From: Octopus sinensis
Lineage: Eukaryota
Length of the DNA: 64,000 nucleotides
Reading direction: 5' to 3'
Assembly: GCF_006345805.1 (NCBI RefSeq)
Contig: NC_043007.1
Span: 48,608,001 to 48,672,000 of the forward strand
Shown here piece after piece: positions 35,550-47,446 of this stretch. The notes beneath the pieces are model-generated. The model ran no database searches, was not told the DNA's origin, and saw only the letters and a program-made list of their open reading frames with translations. The position numbers and the translations under genes are program-made. The number at the start of each line of letters is the position of its first letter. The first letter of the stretch is position 1.

Positions 35550-36232
35550 ATGTGGCCCTCAGCCATCAATCTGCCAACCAGCATTGTCCAGTGAGGTCAT
35601 ATTGCCACATGGTGCATCTTTGTCTTGCAGTGTTTCTCCCCTATTCACCAATTTTTGGAATGGCTGGAACAAAGGAACAGCGTGCTTCCATGAAACTCTG
35701 TTTTCTGCTGTCATACGTCAGACTGCTTACAAGGCATGTGCAAAACACAAGTTTACAAGTGGTTTTCATGCTTTAGAAATGGTCACTTGTCGCTTGAGGA
35801 CCAACTTCATTCAGGGAAGCTGTTGACCTCTCAGATAAATGAAATCATTGCAAAAGTCCATAAACTGATCTTGGAGGACCATTCCTAAACAATTGATGGA
35901 CTTGTTGATATGACTGGTGTATCCTGGAGCTCCTGCCAATGAATTCTGAGTGAGGAATTGCAAATGAAAAAAGCAGTCATGACTGAAGGTAACAAAAGCT
36001 GGTGCTACAGAATTTGCAGATGTGGAAGAGGTGAATAAAAAACCGATGGATGTATTAAAAGGCATCCCTTCGCAAGAGTTCCAGGGCTGCTTCCAACAGT
36101 GGAGAAACATGTTTGGACTGATGCATTGTTTCAAATGGAGAATACTTTGAAGGTAACAAAAGTGTAAACATGTAAAACTAGATGAATAAAATAATATTGC
36201 AAAATTTTGGTTTCTTTTGGGTACCCCCACAT
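35550..36232 (+). mobile_element. Internally deleted mariner-like transposon
   Basis: Remnant MAGTKEQRASMKLCF..VYKWFSCFRNG..LEDQ HTH region fused to the C-terminal FQGCFQQW..NGEYFEG; right end ggtttcttttgggtaccccc. Confidence 0.75.
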
Positions 36233-36329
36233 TATATATATATATATATATATATATTATATTATATAAATATATGTGTATGTGTATACATATATATATA
36301 TAAAAATTAAGAAATGGAGTTAAACGCAG

Positions 36330-37530
36330 GTGTTATTCAAATCTTTATACTTCCAACATGTGTTTTGAAGAAAACATTGCTATTATCCTTGAGGGAATAA
36401 AATGATGTAAAACAATGTAATCATCAGGGAAAAAAGAGAAACAAAGCACATCAATAAGCTATTTTAACCGAATGTGATATGCGAGCCCAGACTACCGAGA
36501 AGATTCAGAAGGCCTTTGAAGATGATGCTATGGGAAAAACACAAATAAAGGAGTGGTACAACTGGTTCAAAGATGGCTGCACCTCAGTGGACAATGAGCC
36601 ACATTATAGCAGACCATCAACTAGCAGAAACAATGAAATGATTGCAAAGGTTCAAGGAAAAGTCTATGAAGACTGTCATGTAACTATTGAGGAAATTGCT
36701 GCCAAAGCTGGAATCAGCTATGGGTCAGTTCAGTCAATTATAATAGAAGATTTGTGCATGAGGAGGATGTCAGCCAAATTCGTACCAAAGTTGCTGTCTG
36801 ACCAACAGAAAAGAAAACAGAAAGTAAATCTCCCAGGACATGCTGGAGCGTGCTAGTGAAGATCAAAACTTCATGAACACTACTAGCGATGAGACATAGG
36901 TGTATGGCTATCACACTGAAACAAAATTGCAATCATCCTAATAGAAGCATCCATCCTCGCCAAGACCAAAGAAAGCAAGACAGGCACGCAGTAATGTTAA
37001 ACTGATAATGACCTGTTTTTTTAACCACAGAGATATTGTGCATTATGAATATGCACCACAAGGTCTGATAATTAACAAAGAATACTACTTTCGTGAAGCT
37101 GTGCGGTGAAAACAATCCGATCTGTGGGCAGCAAAGAACTGACAACTCCACCATGACAACACACCCGCTCATTCCTCCCATGTCATCTAAGCATTCCTCA
37201 TCAAGCAAAACATAGCACTTGTTCATTAGGCTTCCTCCTCCCCAGACTTGGCTCCTTGTGACTTGGCTATATCCAAAGCTCAGAAAGAAATACTCAAAGG
37301 GAAAAGATTTGAGTGAACAGGGGACATTAAGCAAAATTTGACGGTACAGCTCTACTGCATCCCAAAAAGTGTTTTCCAGAAATGTTTCCAGCGCTGGCAG
37401 GAATGCTGGCAGATTTGTGTAGACTCCCAAGGTGAATACTTTGAAAGAGACTAAATCAAAATGGTGAGTTTTTTAATATAACTTGCTTTTTGGCTAAAGG
37501 TTGGATACTTTTTGACTACACCTCACATAT
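36330..37530 (+). pseudogene. mariner-family DD34D transposase pseudogene / near-full-length mariner
   Basis: ORF 36479-36856 HTH plus FVPKLL; downstream broken frames with DET.VYGY, LHHDN.PAH, SPDLAPCD, GEYFE; right TIR-like ggatactttttgactacacctc. Confidence 0.85.
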
Positions 37531-37614
37531 ATATACATATGTGTGTGTGTGTGTATATACACACACACACACACATATATATATACACATACATACATGC
37601 ATATGTAGGTGTAT

Positions 37615-37840
37615 GTTTGTGTCTTTGTGTCTGAGTTTGTCTATCACCATCACTTGACAACTGATGCTTGATTGTTTACGTCGCAATAACTTAGTGTTTC
37701 AACAAAAGAGACCAATAGAATAAGTACCAGACTTCATAAGTACTGGTGTTGATTTGTTTCACAAAAAACCCTTTCAAGACAGTGCCCCAAATGGTTGTAG
37801 TCCAATGGCTTAAAAACAATTAAAAGCTAAAAGATAAACT
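37615..37840 (+). mobile_element. SINE family A 3' half
   Basis: cttgacaactgatg...aaaagagaccaatagaataagtaccag...aaaagataaa. Confidence 0.8.
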
Positions 37841-37950
37841 ACATTATCTAATGTCTCCTTCCCTCTTTTTAGGATGATACGGTGTGATTTGATAAAGATT
37901 TAGGTGCTGTTTCTAGCATATCATTTGACCACCTACATGCTCTCTCATTG
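37840..37950 (+). mobile_element. Repeat family C fragment overlapping the last FAM161 codons (antisense)
   Basis: tacattatctaatgtctccttccctctttttaggatg...gatttaggtgctgtttctagc aligns with 51241-51360 and 39650-39730. Confidence 0.6.
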
Positions 37951-38285
37951 TTCTTTTTTGAAACAGTACCTTGAGAACTGGAATCAGATAGATGTCGGTG
38001 ACAACAATCACTATGATGTCCATCTTCCAAATATCTATTTGCATTGTCATGTTCACAGTGATGCCTCAGGAAGTCTTCATATTGTGCAACAGAATTACCA
38101 TGTGCAGGACATCTGCTATATTTTGTTGTGTCCCCTTCAGAACGGAAACCTTTGTCTTCTAAGTCAGGTGATAATGTCCTGTACTTGGTTCTCCTTTTCC
38201 GATCCACATCAATGTCATTCTTATCTATACCATACTCTTTTAATGTCTTGTAAAACTTCTCTTCAGCTTTATTCTTAGCATTTTT
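37869..38285 (-). CDS. FAM161A: FAM161A/B-family protein, probable last coding exon (KNAKNKAEEKFYKTLKEYGID...TVSS*)
   Basis: Strong acceptor ttttcttctcacttttcag|AAAAAT at 38286; phase 0 join to the 44560 exon; resembles recalled human FAM161A KNARMAAEKHYSNTLKALGI; 139 codons open including the stop. Confidence 0.8.
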   Translation of the reverse strand, partial: KNAKNKAEEKFYKTLKEYGIDKNDIDVDRKRRTKYRTLSPDLEDKGFRSEGDTTKYSRCPAHGNSVAQYEDFLRHHCEHDNANRYLEDGHHSDCCHRHLSDSSSQGTVSKKNNERACRWSNDMLETAPKSLSNHTVSS

Positions 38286-38399
38286 CTGAAAAGTGAGAAG
38301 AAAATAGCAAAATTCATAAGTTACATTGAAAATTGTTATTGTTATTTTATATTTGCACAACGACAAAGAAGAATTCCTAACATTGGGATACAACAAGTA

Positions 38400-38712
38400 A
38401 CCTTAGATGCCAAGAATCTTCCTAAGTATTCTAGCAGTCCCTAGTAATTCTGTTTTCTGGAGGTGCATTAAACTAAATTTTATGTCCATTTCCTCTCTCC
38501 GTCTGTTCACATCTTTAGGGATAGTTCCTAATGCACCTATAACTACAAGGATACATTTTACCCACACTTTCCATAGCCTCTGTAATTCAATATCTAGGTC
38601 CTGGAACTATTTTCTCTCTACCTCTCATATTGACTTTCTCATCATTTGGGACTGTAAAATCAATTATCTGGTACTTTCTATTTTTTTTATCTACTACTAC
38701 AAAATCAGGTCT
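38400..38712 (-). mobile_element. RLE-type LINE C-terminal remnant
   Basis: RRPDFVVVDKKNRKYQIIDFTVPND...VIGALGTIPK...LQKTELLGTARILRKIL. Confidence 0.8.
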
Positions 38713-39585
38713 TCTAAGTGGTGAGCTGATAGAATCATTAAAATGTTGGACAAAATGCATAGCAGCTTTTGATCCATCTTTATATTTGAGTTCAAATTCC
38801 GCCAAGGTCAACTTTGCTTTACATCCTTCAGGGTTGATAAAATAAATTGAGCACTGCATATAACCAACTTAACCATTTCCTGAAATTGCTGGCTTTGTGC
38901 CAAAATTTGAAATTATTACTACTATTACTTACTACCACTACTACTAAAATGGCAAGCTGGCAGAATCACTAGCATACTGGACTAAATGCTTAGCAGCCTT
39001 TCATCCATCTTTACATTCTGAGTTCAAATTTGCCTTTCATCCTTTCAGGGTCAATGAAATAAGTACCAGCAGTGTGCTAGAGTCAATCTAATTGACTACT
39101 CACTTCCACCAAAATTTCAGGCCTTGTGCCTCAGCTGGCATAATCGTCAACACACTGGACAAAGTGCTTAGTAGAGGAGGAGGAGGAGAAGTGGTTGCCA
39201 TATTGCCTAAAGCCACAGGATTCCCTACGAAACACTGCAGTTTTTCACCAAGCTCCCTAAATAACTAACATACTACAAACCAAATTAATGCACCCTACAT
39301 AATGGTGTATACAGAAAACCATGTTCTTCACTAATTTTCAAAGAGCAACATAACAAACCTACAATTAATATGATTTTAGCCATAAGGTGGCAAGCAGGTA
39401 GAATTATTAGCATGCTAGGCAAAATGCTTAACAGTATTTCGTCTGTCTTAACATTCTCATTTCAAATTCCAACATGGTCGACTTTGCTTTCATCCTTTTG
39501 AGGTCGATAAAATAAGTACCAGTTGTAAATGACATACCCACTTCCCCAAAATTTCTGGCCCTGTGCCAAAATTTGAAATCAGTAT
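38712..39585 (+). mobile_element. Cluster of 3-4 SINE family B copies
   Basis: Heads at ~38715, ~38946, ~39136 (partial), ~39383. Confidence 0.8.
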
Positions 39586-39739
39586 CATTCTAGCCATGAC
39601 CACAATCCATTTTCCTCTCCAAACAACTTCATTTAATGTGTTTGTTGTTTTTTTAAGATGTGATCTGAAGGAAATTTGGATGCTATTTCTAGCAGTTTAA
39701 GGGACCATATAGAGACTCCCTTATTGGCTTGAGAAATCA

Positions 39740-40380
39740 ATTGTAACTGTCTCTGCCCAGTCTACCCAGCTGTAAATAGGACTTAGGCGAGAAATTGTCC
39801 CAATTTCTATGGCATATTCAATACCCACCCACTAAATGGGATACCAGTTCATCATAGGGTTAATCTCCACCCAAATCCCAAGCTGTTGCTGGTACACATT
39901 TCCAGCTGAATGGAGATGAACTACATGAAATAAAAAGTTTTACTCCAGAACAGAACACACCACTCAGACTGGGAATCAAAACCACAGCCTTATGATTGTG
40001 AGCCCAACTAGGCCAGAGGTTCTCAACCATTTTCTACTTATGGACCTCTTTGACTACTATTTTACTCTGGTGGAGCCTCATAGCCATTTGATGTGTAAAA
40101 ACTAGTTTTATAGATACTTCTTTCAAAATTCTCATTTTGCTTTTCACACATTCACTTATGTAGGTTGAAGTATGTAAAGCGCTAGAGAAAGAAATTTAGC
40201 TGTTTCTTGCAATAAATACATCTAGAGCAAAATGTCTATATGGACCCCTAAAATACTACTGTGGATCCCCAATTTATCATTTTGCTTAGCATGGACACCC
40301 AAAACTCTTATATGGACTTCAAGAGGTCAAATGGACTCTGGTTGAGAGCCACTGAACCAGGCCATGAATGGAGGCTAAAT
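39740..40380 (-). mobile_element. tRNA/CORE-like SINE interrupted in its head by a hAT MITE
   Basis: Plus strand ccagctgaatggagatgaac...gggaatcaaaaccacagccttatgattgtgagccc, resuming after 40362. Confidence 0.55.
40014..40354. mobile_element. hAT (Charlie-like) MITE
   Basis: TIR cagaggttctcaacc / ggttgagagccactg; 8-bp TSD aactaggc (40006-40013) / aaccaggc (40355-40362). Confidence 0.88.
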
Positions 40381-40488
40381 ACAGTCACCTGTCTATGGTA
40401 CCTCATTCATGAGCTGAGGTTGTCTTCTGTTAGTGCTCTACCTTTTAAAAATAGCAACTAAATTCCCCTCAAGTCACAGCCTACTATT

Positions 40489-41281
40489 TTAACCCCTTAG
40501 CATACAGATTATTTTGTCAAATGTAATACTTATTTATTCATGTTGCTTTGAATTAATTATGCATTATCTCATAGCCTTGAGATTTCATTAATGTGATTGT
40601 TTATTTTTAATATGACATTGTAGGGTATGTGTGAGAGACCAGATTTGGCCAATTTGAACATTAAACAAGTATTGGGTTGTCCAGAAAGTTGTGCCAATTT
40701 TTAAAGGAAAGAAAAAGGTCAATAAATACTTGCCATTACATTTTTAATCAACCAAATATGAACCATTTTGTTGCACAATGAATCTCCATCTTTCCTTTAA
40801 CTTGAAAAAACCCTCTTGCCAGAATTGAGGTGATTCATGGCAAAGAATTCATCAAGGAATCTTTTTACGTCATCCAAAGAATTGAAATTTTTACCATTAA
40901 GACTATTCTGCAGAGACCTGAATAAGTGGAAATCCGAAGGAGCAATATCTAGTGAATATGGAGGGTGGGGTAACACATCCCAGTCGAGCTGCAGTAATTT
41001 TTGTCTGGTTCCCAAAACATCAAGTGCTGAAAATGAACTTTCTTATCTTCCATTTTAAAGGGTTACAGAATTAACACAGTTTATAGGAACATAAACCTTC
41101 TTCCACGAAAAGAGAGCTTAAACTGTGCTCTAAATGGAGGCATAGCCAAATCCTATTTTATGGACTCAACCATGTTCTAAAATAAGTTGAAAGGAAGCTA
41201 CTATAAATTGGCACGAACTTTCTGGACAACCCAATAGAATATTTTGGCAAGACATGGCCAGATTAAATGCTAAAGGGTTAA
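40489..41281. mobile_element. piggyBac-like MITE hosting a mariner insertion
   Basis: ttaa|ccccttagcat ... atgctaaaggg|ttaa; uninterrupted sister copy at 61188-61415. Confidence 0.8.
40670..41236 (-). mobile_element. Internally deleted mariner with intact TIRs and TA TSD
   Basis: TA|ttgggttgtccagaaagttgtgccaattt ... aaattggcacgaactttctggacaacccaa|TA; ORF 40797-41015 LPHPPYSLDIAPSDFHLFRSL. Confidence 0.93.
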
Positions 41282-42269
41282 AATAAAAAAACAGATACTT
41301 TGGACAGTGTAGTTTTGATATACATAAACAAAAGGACTGGAGGGTCATTGTTGGAACATTGTTTGTCAGAGGTTGGTTGAATCCAAACAAAGTTAGAGTT
41401 AAGTAACAGCAGCAGCAACAATGACAACAACAAAAATAGTTACCACAACAGGAACAACAACAATGATAATAACACTAATAACAAAAACAGGAACAATAAC
41501 AAAAGCAACAACTCAGTGAAGTTGTCTGCTGCAAAACATTTTTTTGAACCTCTTGAAAACCAGAACTTTGTAACAAAATGAATAAAAGTATAAAAGAAAC
41601 AAAGAAAAAAAGAAACAAAAGATAAAAAGAAAAATCTAAGTTCTAGTTTGTTTAACAGCTGTGGTTTCTGCTTGGGTGGCCATCTACAGTTCAGAGAAAT
41701 CTAATACATATTATTTATTCATTCAGTTGAAGTATACAGACCTAATTCTAACACAAAATTTAATTTCTCTCCAAAATTTATTTATTTATTTTTTACAGAT
41801 TACCTCCCCCACATCACCACCACCACCACCACATTCAACTCCCCTCTAATGTCATCGATATTCATCTTCCTACTGATTTCAGTTAAAACAAATTTCTTTA
41901 GATTTTTTTGCCCCTCCACACACCACACCACCCATGCATGCGCTAACGGCCATTGATTAGGCTACAGCATGTGAGCAATGATAAATCAATATTGAAATAG
42001 TTTGAATTAGGAGGTGGGATGAGAGAAAAGAAACAAAAATATTAATCTCATTTACATATGTATTAATATTATATTTAGTAGTATTGTTCCAATAAAATAG
42101 ATTTTCAATATTAGTAGTATTATTATCATTAACAATAATTTTATTACCATTATGTTTAAAGAAAAATTCTAATTAGATAAAAGGATAAAAGAAATCATTA
42201 TTATTAATATTATTATTATCATCGTTTTGTTGTTGTTATTCTTATTATTATCACTATCATTATTATTAT

Positions 42270-42840
42270 TAAGGCAGCAAGCTGGCAGAATCGTTAGCAT
42301 ACTGGAAAAATTGCTTAGTGGCATTTCATCCATCTGTATGCTGAGGTCATCTTTACCTTTCATCCTTTTGGGGTCGATAAATAAGCACCAGTTGAATACT
42401 GGGGTCAATGTAATCAACTATACCTATCCTCCAAAATTTCAGGCATTGTACCTATGGTCGAAAGTATCATTATCATTATTTTTATTATGATAAGCTGGTA
42501 GAATCATTAGCACACTGGACAAAATGGTGTTCCTTCTGGCTTTTATGTATTAAGTTCAAATTCCGCAGAGGTTAGCTTTGCCTTTCATTCTTCCATGCTA
42601 TATAAGATAAATACCAGCCAAGCACTGGGGTTTATGTAATCAACGACTTCCCTCTCCTAAAATTACTGGCCTTGTACCAAAATTTGAAAAAATTATTATT
42701 ATAATGGTTGAGGCCAACTTTGCCCTTCATCCTTTTGGGGTCAATAAAATAAGTACCAGTCAAGTACTTGGGGGTCAATGTAATTGACTATACCCCTCCT
42801 CAAAAATTTCAGGCCTTGTATCTATAATAGAAAGAATTAT
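42270..42840 (+). mobile_element. Three tandem SINE family B copies (last one 5'-truncated)
   Basis: Heads at ~42270 and ~42490; body-only copy from ~42710; (TTA)n spacers. Confidence 0.82.
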
Positions 42841-42875
42841 TATTATAATTATTATTATTATTATTATTATTATTA

Positions 42876-43403
42876 CTGAGTGAGAGAGCAGTGCATGCCA
42901 TCAAAGTGACACTTGGGGTAAAATATACGAAGCCCAGTATACCTATCATGACTACCCGTCTGATAAGGGTACACTAGGCACATGCATCACAACCATATGT
43001 GCGCGACATGGTGATCTCATATCAAAATAAACAGCACATGACCTTGCAGGTGGGGCCCAGTTAGAATTTTCTTCAGGTCAAGTAACCCATCCCACTCGAA
43101 AGGTCCCTGAATAAGGGTTGTTTAAGGATGTTGAACAAAACACCCATGTTTCCAGAGGTGAATTATTCAAACCCCAAAGAATCCCTGTCAACACATGGCT
43201 ATGATGCTCCCCCACTACTTCTGCTCGTGATCAGAGATGCACACATCGTCAGCCACTAAGGGACATGCTCAACTGGTTAAGGTCAAACAACTGACAAGCA
43301 AATCTGTGGTATTGAGCAGAATATTTGCTGTAGCCCGTCTTTTTATACCAAGACAAAACAATGTACATGATAACACTTCCAATCAGTTAAGATCAGAAGC
43401 CAT
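42876..43403 (-). mobile_element. Unclassified ~530-nt element flanked by (TTA)n, probable retroelement 3'UTR or SINE-like
   Basis: Complex GC-richer sequence between two (TTA)n tracts; minus strand ends ...ctgctctctcactcagt(aat)n. Confidence 0.45.
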
Positions 43404-43439
43404 GTTATTATTATTATTATTATTATTATTATGTCTTCT

Positions 43440-43790
43440 CATGCGTCACCCATATGGCCATATTCTCTGGCACACCATCAGTTATGACAACAAATGTTCC
43501 AGCCGATCCAATCAATGGAATGGCCTACTGGTGAAATTAATGTGCAAGGGCTGAACACTCCACAGACACATGTACACTTAACATTGTTGTCAAGGAGATT
43601 CAAAGTGACACAGAATGTGACAAGGCTGGTTCTTTGAATTATTAGTACTACTCATTCTTGCCAGCTGAGCTGATTGGAGCAACATGAATTAACATGTCTT
43701 GCTCAAGGACACGATGCACCACCAGGAATCAAACACATGACCTTATGATTGTGAACCAAATGCCCTAACCACTAAGTCACATACATTCAC
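43440..43790 (-). mobile_element. tRNA-head SINE with CORE-like domain
   Basis: Minus strand gacttagtggttagggc...tgattcctgg...gtgtccttgagcaagaca...gttgctccaatcagctcagctggcaagaatgagt. Confidence 0.75.
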
Positions 43791-44559
43791 AATATTGCCA
43801 ATGGCAATATACGAGAACAACAACAACAACAAAAACAACCACCACCACCACCACCATCATCATCATAATCATCATCATCATTATTAATACTGTTATTATT
43901 GAAGTTGATGTGTTCAAAACCTATATTTTTACACTACTGTCTAAAATTGAAAAATAGATATAAATATTGTTAACATCTCGATACAGTTATTGATATGGCA
44001 AACAGTCTCAAATATGTTTCTATGCCACTAGAGGAATTGATTTTTCTACTGAATTCAAGAGAGTTGAAGTAGAAGTAGACTTTAATGAAAAAGCATAACA
44101 CAGATGCCAGTAATATGGTCAAAAATAAAGAGCTCAATCATTAACACTTAATGATAGCTTTTTTTTTAACATTTTAATCAGCTATACATATGACTAGTGA
44201 AGGTACATAATGTAGTGGTTAGGATGTAAAACTCAGTATCATAAAGCTTCAGGGTTGGTTCCTAGACAGGAAAATGCATTGTGTTTTTGATCATGCTTTT
44301 CCAGTCTTTCCAGCTGTAGTGAGCACCAGGCAAGTACTGGTGTAGTCCTCTCTCTCTCTCTCTTTCTTTAGCTGGAGTCCCACTTCCTGACCAAAATAAT
44401 TAGCACTAAAAATAACACCTAATTATACTATAATAATGATAATAGCAGTGATGACAACAATGATGATGTCAATAACAATAAGTACATGATGGCAATGTCA
44501 AAGCTGATGATTACTGTGATGACATCAATGACGATGATCAGGATAATGTTGGTACTTAC

Positions 44560-44647
44560 TGTTTCAACTTGTTCAAACAGTAGAGGTCGATTCTTCAAAC
44601 GTTGGTAAATATCTTGAAGCTCCTTCAAGTAATCCTGTTGCTGTTTT
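44560..44647 (-). CDS. FAM161A: FAM161A/B-family internal exon (88 nt): KQQQDYLKELQDIYQRLKNRPLLFEQVET
   Basis: Acceptor tgtgtag| at 44648, donor |gtaagt at 44559-44554; phase 2 in, phase 0 out; matches the recalled FAM161 motif EY..EL......L..RPLLFE.V. Confidence 0.88.
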
Positions 44648-44892
44648 CTACACAATTATAATGGTAAAACATTAGAACAATTTGCATTGTTATTCTGCAT
44701 TCTAAACAAGCTGTCCTCAACTGACCCCGCAATGAAACTAAATTATTGTTATAGTGCTGCAGCTCCCAATCAAGAGCTCAGGATATAATTCCAATACAGT
44801 CACAAAACAAAATTCTTTTGGTTTTCAAATCATCATCATCTAATGACCATGTTCTAATATTTGATAAAATGTAAAATATTCATGAATATAGG

Positions 44893-45300
44893 GGCAGGTG
44901 TGGCTGAGTAATAAAAAGTTTGCTTCTCAGCAACATGGTTCTGGATTCAGTCCCACTACATGGCAAGTGTCTTCTACTATAGTTCCAGGCCAACTAAAGC
45001 CTTGTGAGTGGATTTGAAAAACAGAATCTGAAAGAAGCCTATCGTATATGTATATATGTGTATATGTATGTATACATATATGTCCATGTGTGTGTCCATT
45101 TATATGTTCCCTACCACCACCTCTTGACAGCCAGTGTTGGTTTCATTACATCCCTGTAATTTAACAGTTTGGCAAAAGAGAGTGATAAAATAAGTATCAG
45201 GTTTTAAAACTATTAAGTACTGAAGTTGATTTGTTTGGCTAAACCCTTCAAGGCAGTGCTGCAGCATGGCTGCAGTCTAAGACAAACAAAAGATAAAAGA
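44893..45300 (+). mobile_element. SINE family A, full length
   Basis: Family-A head, internal microsatellite and tail. Confidence 0.82.
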
Positions 45301-46397
45301 TGTTGTACAATAAATCATAAGAGCAATGATATGGGCTACAGTACAACATTTAGTAGAAACAAAAACATAGAAATATTTGAGTCAAAGAGAAAGCCTCCAT
45401 GTGGTTGCTTGATCTGCTAGAAATAGCAAGCAAATCTCTATTTCATCAATATTTGCATTTATGTGTCTTTTCATTTTACCCAGGACCTACCAACCAACCC
45501 TTTATGATAAATCTTGTATTTCAATACACATGACCTGTTTTTCTAGGCAGTGGACCTTTTGGCTAACTCATCTGGTCTGTTTTGATTACAACATTTTGGA
45601 TTCCATTCAATTGACATAAGATAATTATAGTACTGATTCTAATACAATCATTCCATGAGGCACTACAGACAGTACAAGAAGCATTTTGTATAAATTTGTC
45701 AAAATGAAATATATTTTCAAGGCTGGATTCAATATAACAATGCTGGAATTTCTAGTCTTGTAGACATTCAGCTTGGTGTCAATTTCTTACATTTGCTTGT
45801 ATTATTTACTCATATACATTATATCTTAATATATAAAATACTGGGTCACATGTCAATTTTATTGTTTGCTTATTGTATTCCTTCTTTCTGTGAAACTGAA
45901 AAAAGCAATGATTGCACAAAGAGAGGAGAAAGATGAGAGAGAAACAAAGATAAATTGGATAGATAAATTGGTATGTAGAAGATTGATAGTAGTTTATAGT
46001 GGTTCCTCTTTTTGTAAAACTAGGAGAAAGCAATGACTGAGCTGAGAGAGGAGAAAGAAAGAGAAGGGGGAAGTATAATAATGGCAGATAAATTAGATAG
46101 ATAAATAGGTAGAAAATTAACAGGATAGGAGAGGCAGAGAAAGAAGTACTTACCAGATTGTGAGACAGGCAATCATATGAGCAAACAGTGAAATATAGAG
46201 TAGGGAAGTGAAATGAGTGACATGGGGAAAAGATAAAGAGAAAAACAGTGGAAAGAAAATAGAACTACACAATCCAGAGGGGTAATTAGAGAGGTAGTAT
46301 GATAAAATAAAAGATAGACATAGAATTGATTATGATATCAGGGTTTCTGCAACAAGGGAATGTCCATGTGTGTGTGTGTTTGTGTGTGTGTGTGTAT

Positions 46398-46471
<74 letters not shown>

Positions 46472-46916
46472 ACGTGCACGCGTGTATGTCACTGAGAAAT
46501 GAAGAGAAATGAGAGGCAGATTTTGATTGAGACAAAATAGCCAGGAGGGGCATACACACACATACACGCACACACACACAGATACACACACGCACACACA
46601 CATATCTTGAGAGAGAGGAAAAGAGAGAGTGATTGCCCAAGAGGAATACAAAAGTTAAAAGAATAGAAATAAGTGAATGAAAGCAAGACATAATACATGA
46701 AGAAAATGGAACAAGGCTTGAAGCAAAAAAAATTAAGTATTATTAAACAGAAAACAGAAATAAATACCATAATTTTGACAAGTATTATACTTTTACATAT
46801 ATTCACTGACATATATATATATATAAATATATAAATATATATAGCGCTATACTAATACATCTGTTTGTTTTGTACACCACCTGTCTTCGTCTTTTGTTTA
46901 TTTTCGTAAACTTTCC

Positions 46917-46957
<41 letters not shown>

Positions 46958-47446
46958 CATATGTGTGCATGTGTGCATGTTTGTGGGCATGTGACTGTGT
47001 GTGTGTGTGTGTGTGTAGATGCAGGTTTGTCTGCGTTATTAAAAAGTTTACTTCCCAACCACATGGTTACAATTTCAGTTCCTCTAGATGGCATCTTAAA
47101 TTAAGTCTTCTACTATAACCCTCGGCTGACTAAAGCCAGTGAGTGTATTTGGTAGATGGTATATGTATATATGTAAGTGTGTATGTGTTTGTTACAGTCT
47201 CTGGCTTGACACTGCATAATAGTTGTAAGAGTTGTCACTTTCATCCAAGCAGTGACCTTCATTTCCATTCTTCCATGAAAAGATGCCTGGCAATGGGGAA
47301 ATATTACCTTTTACTTGGAAACAGGCAAGTACTGGGGACATGGAAGGGCATCTGGTCATAGAAAGTCCATCTCGACAAATTCTGTCTGACCAATGCAAGC
47401 ATGGAAAAGTGCACATAAAAAGGATGATGGTGATTACATATATATA

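Noticed and set aside
45790-45900. Exon-like segment on minus (ttttttcag ... gtaag)
   Set aside because: All frames are closed before the donor and there is no homology.
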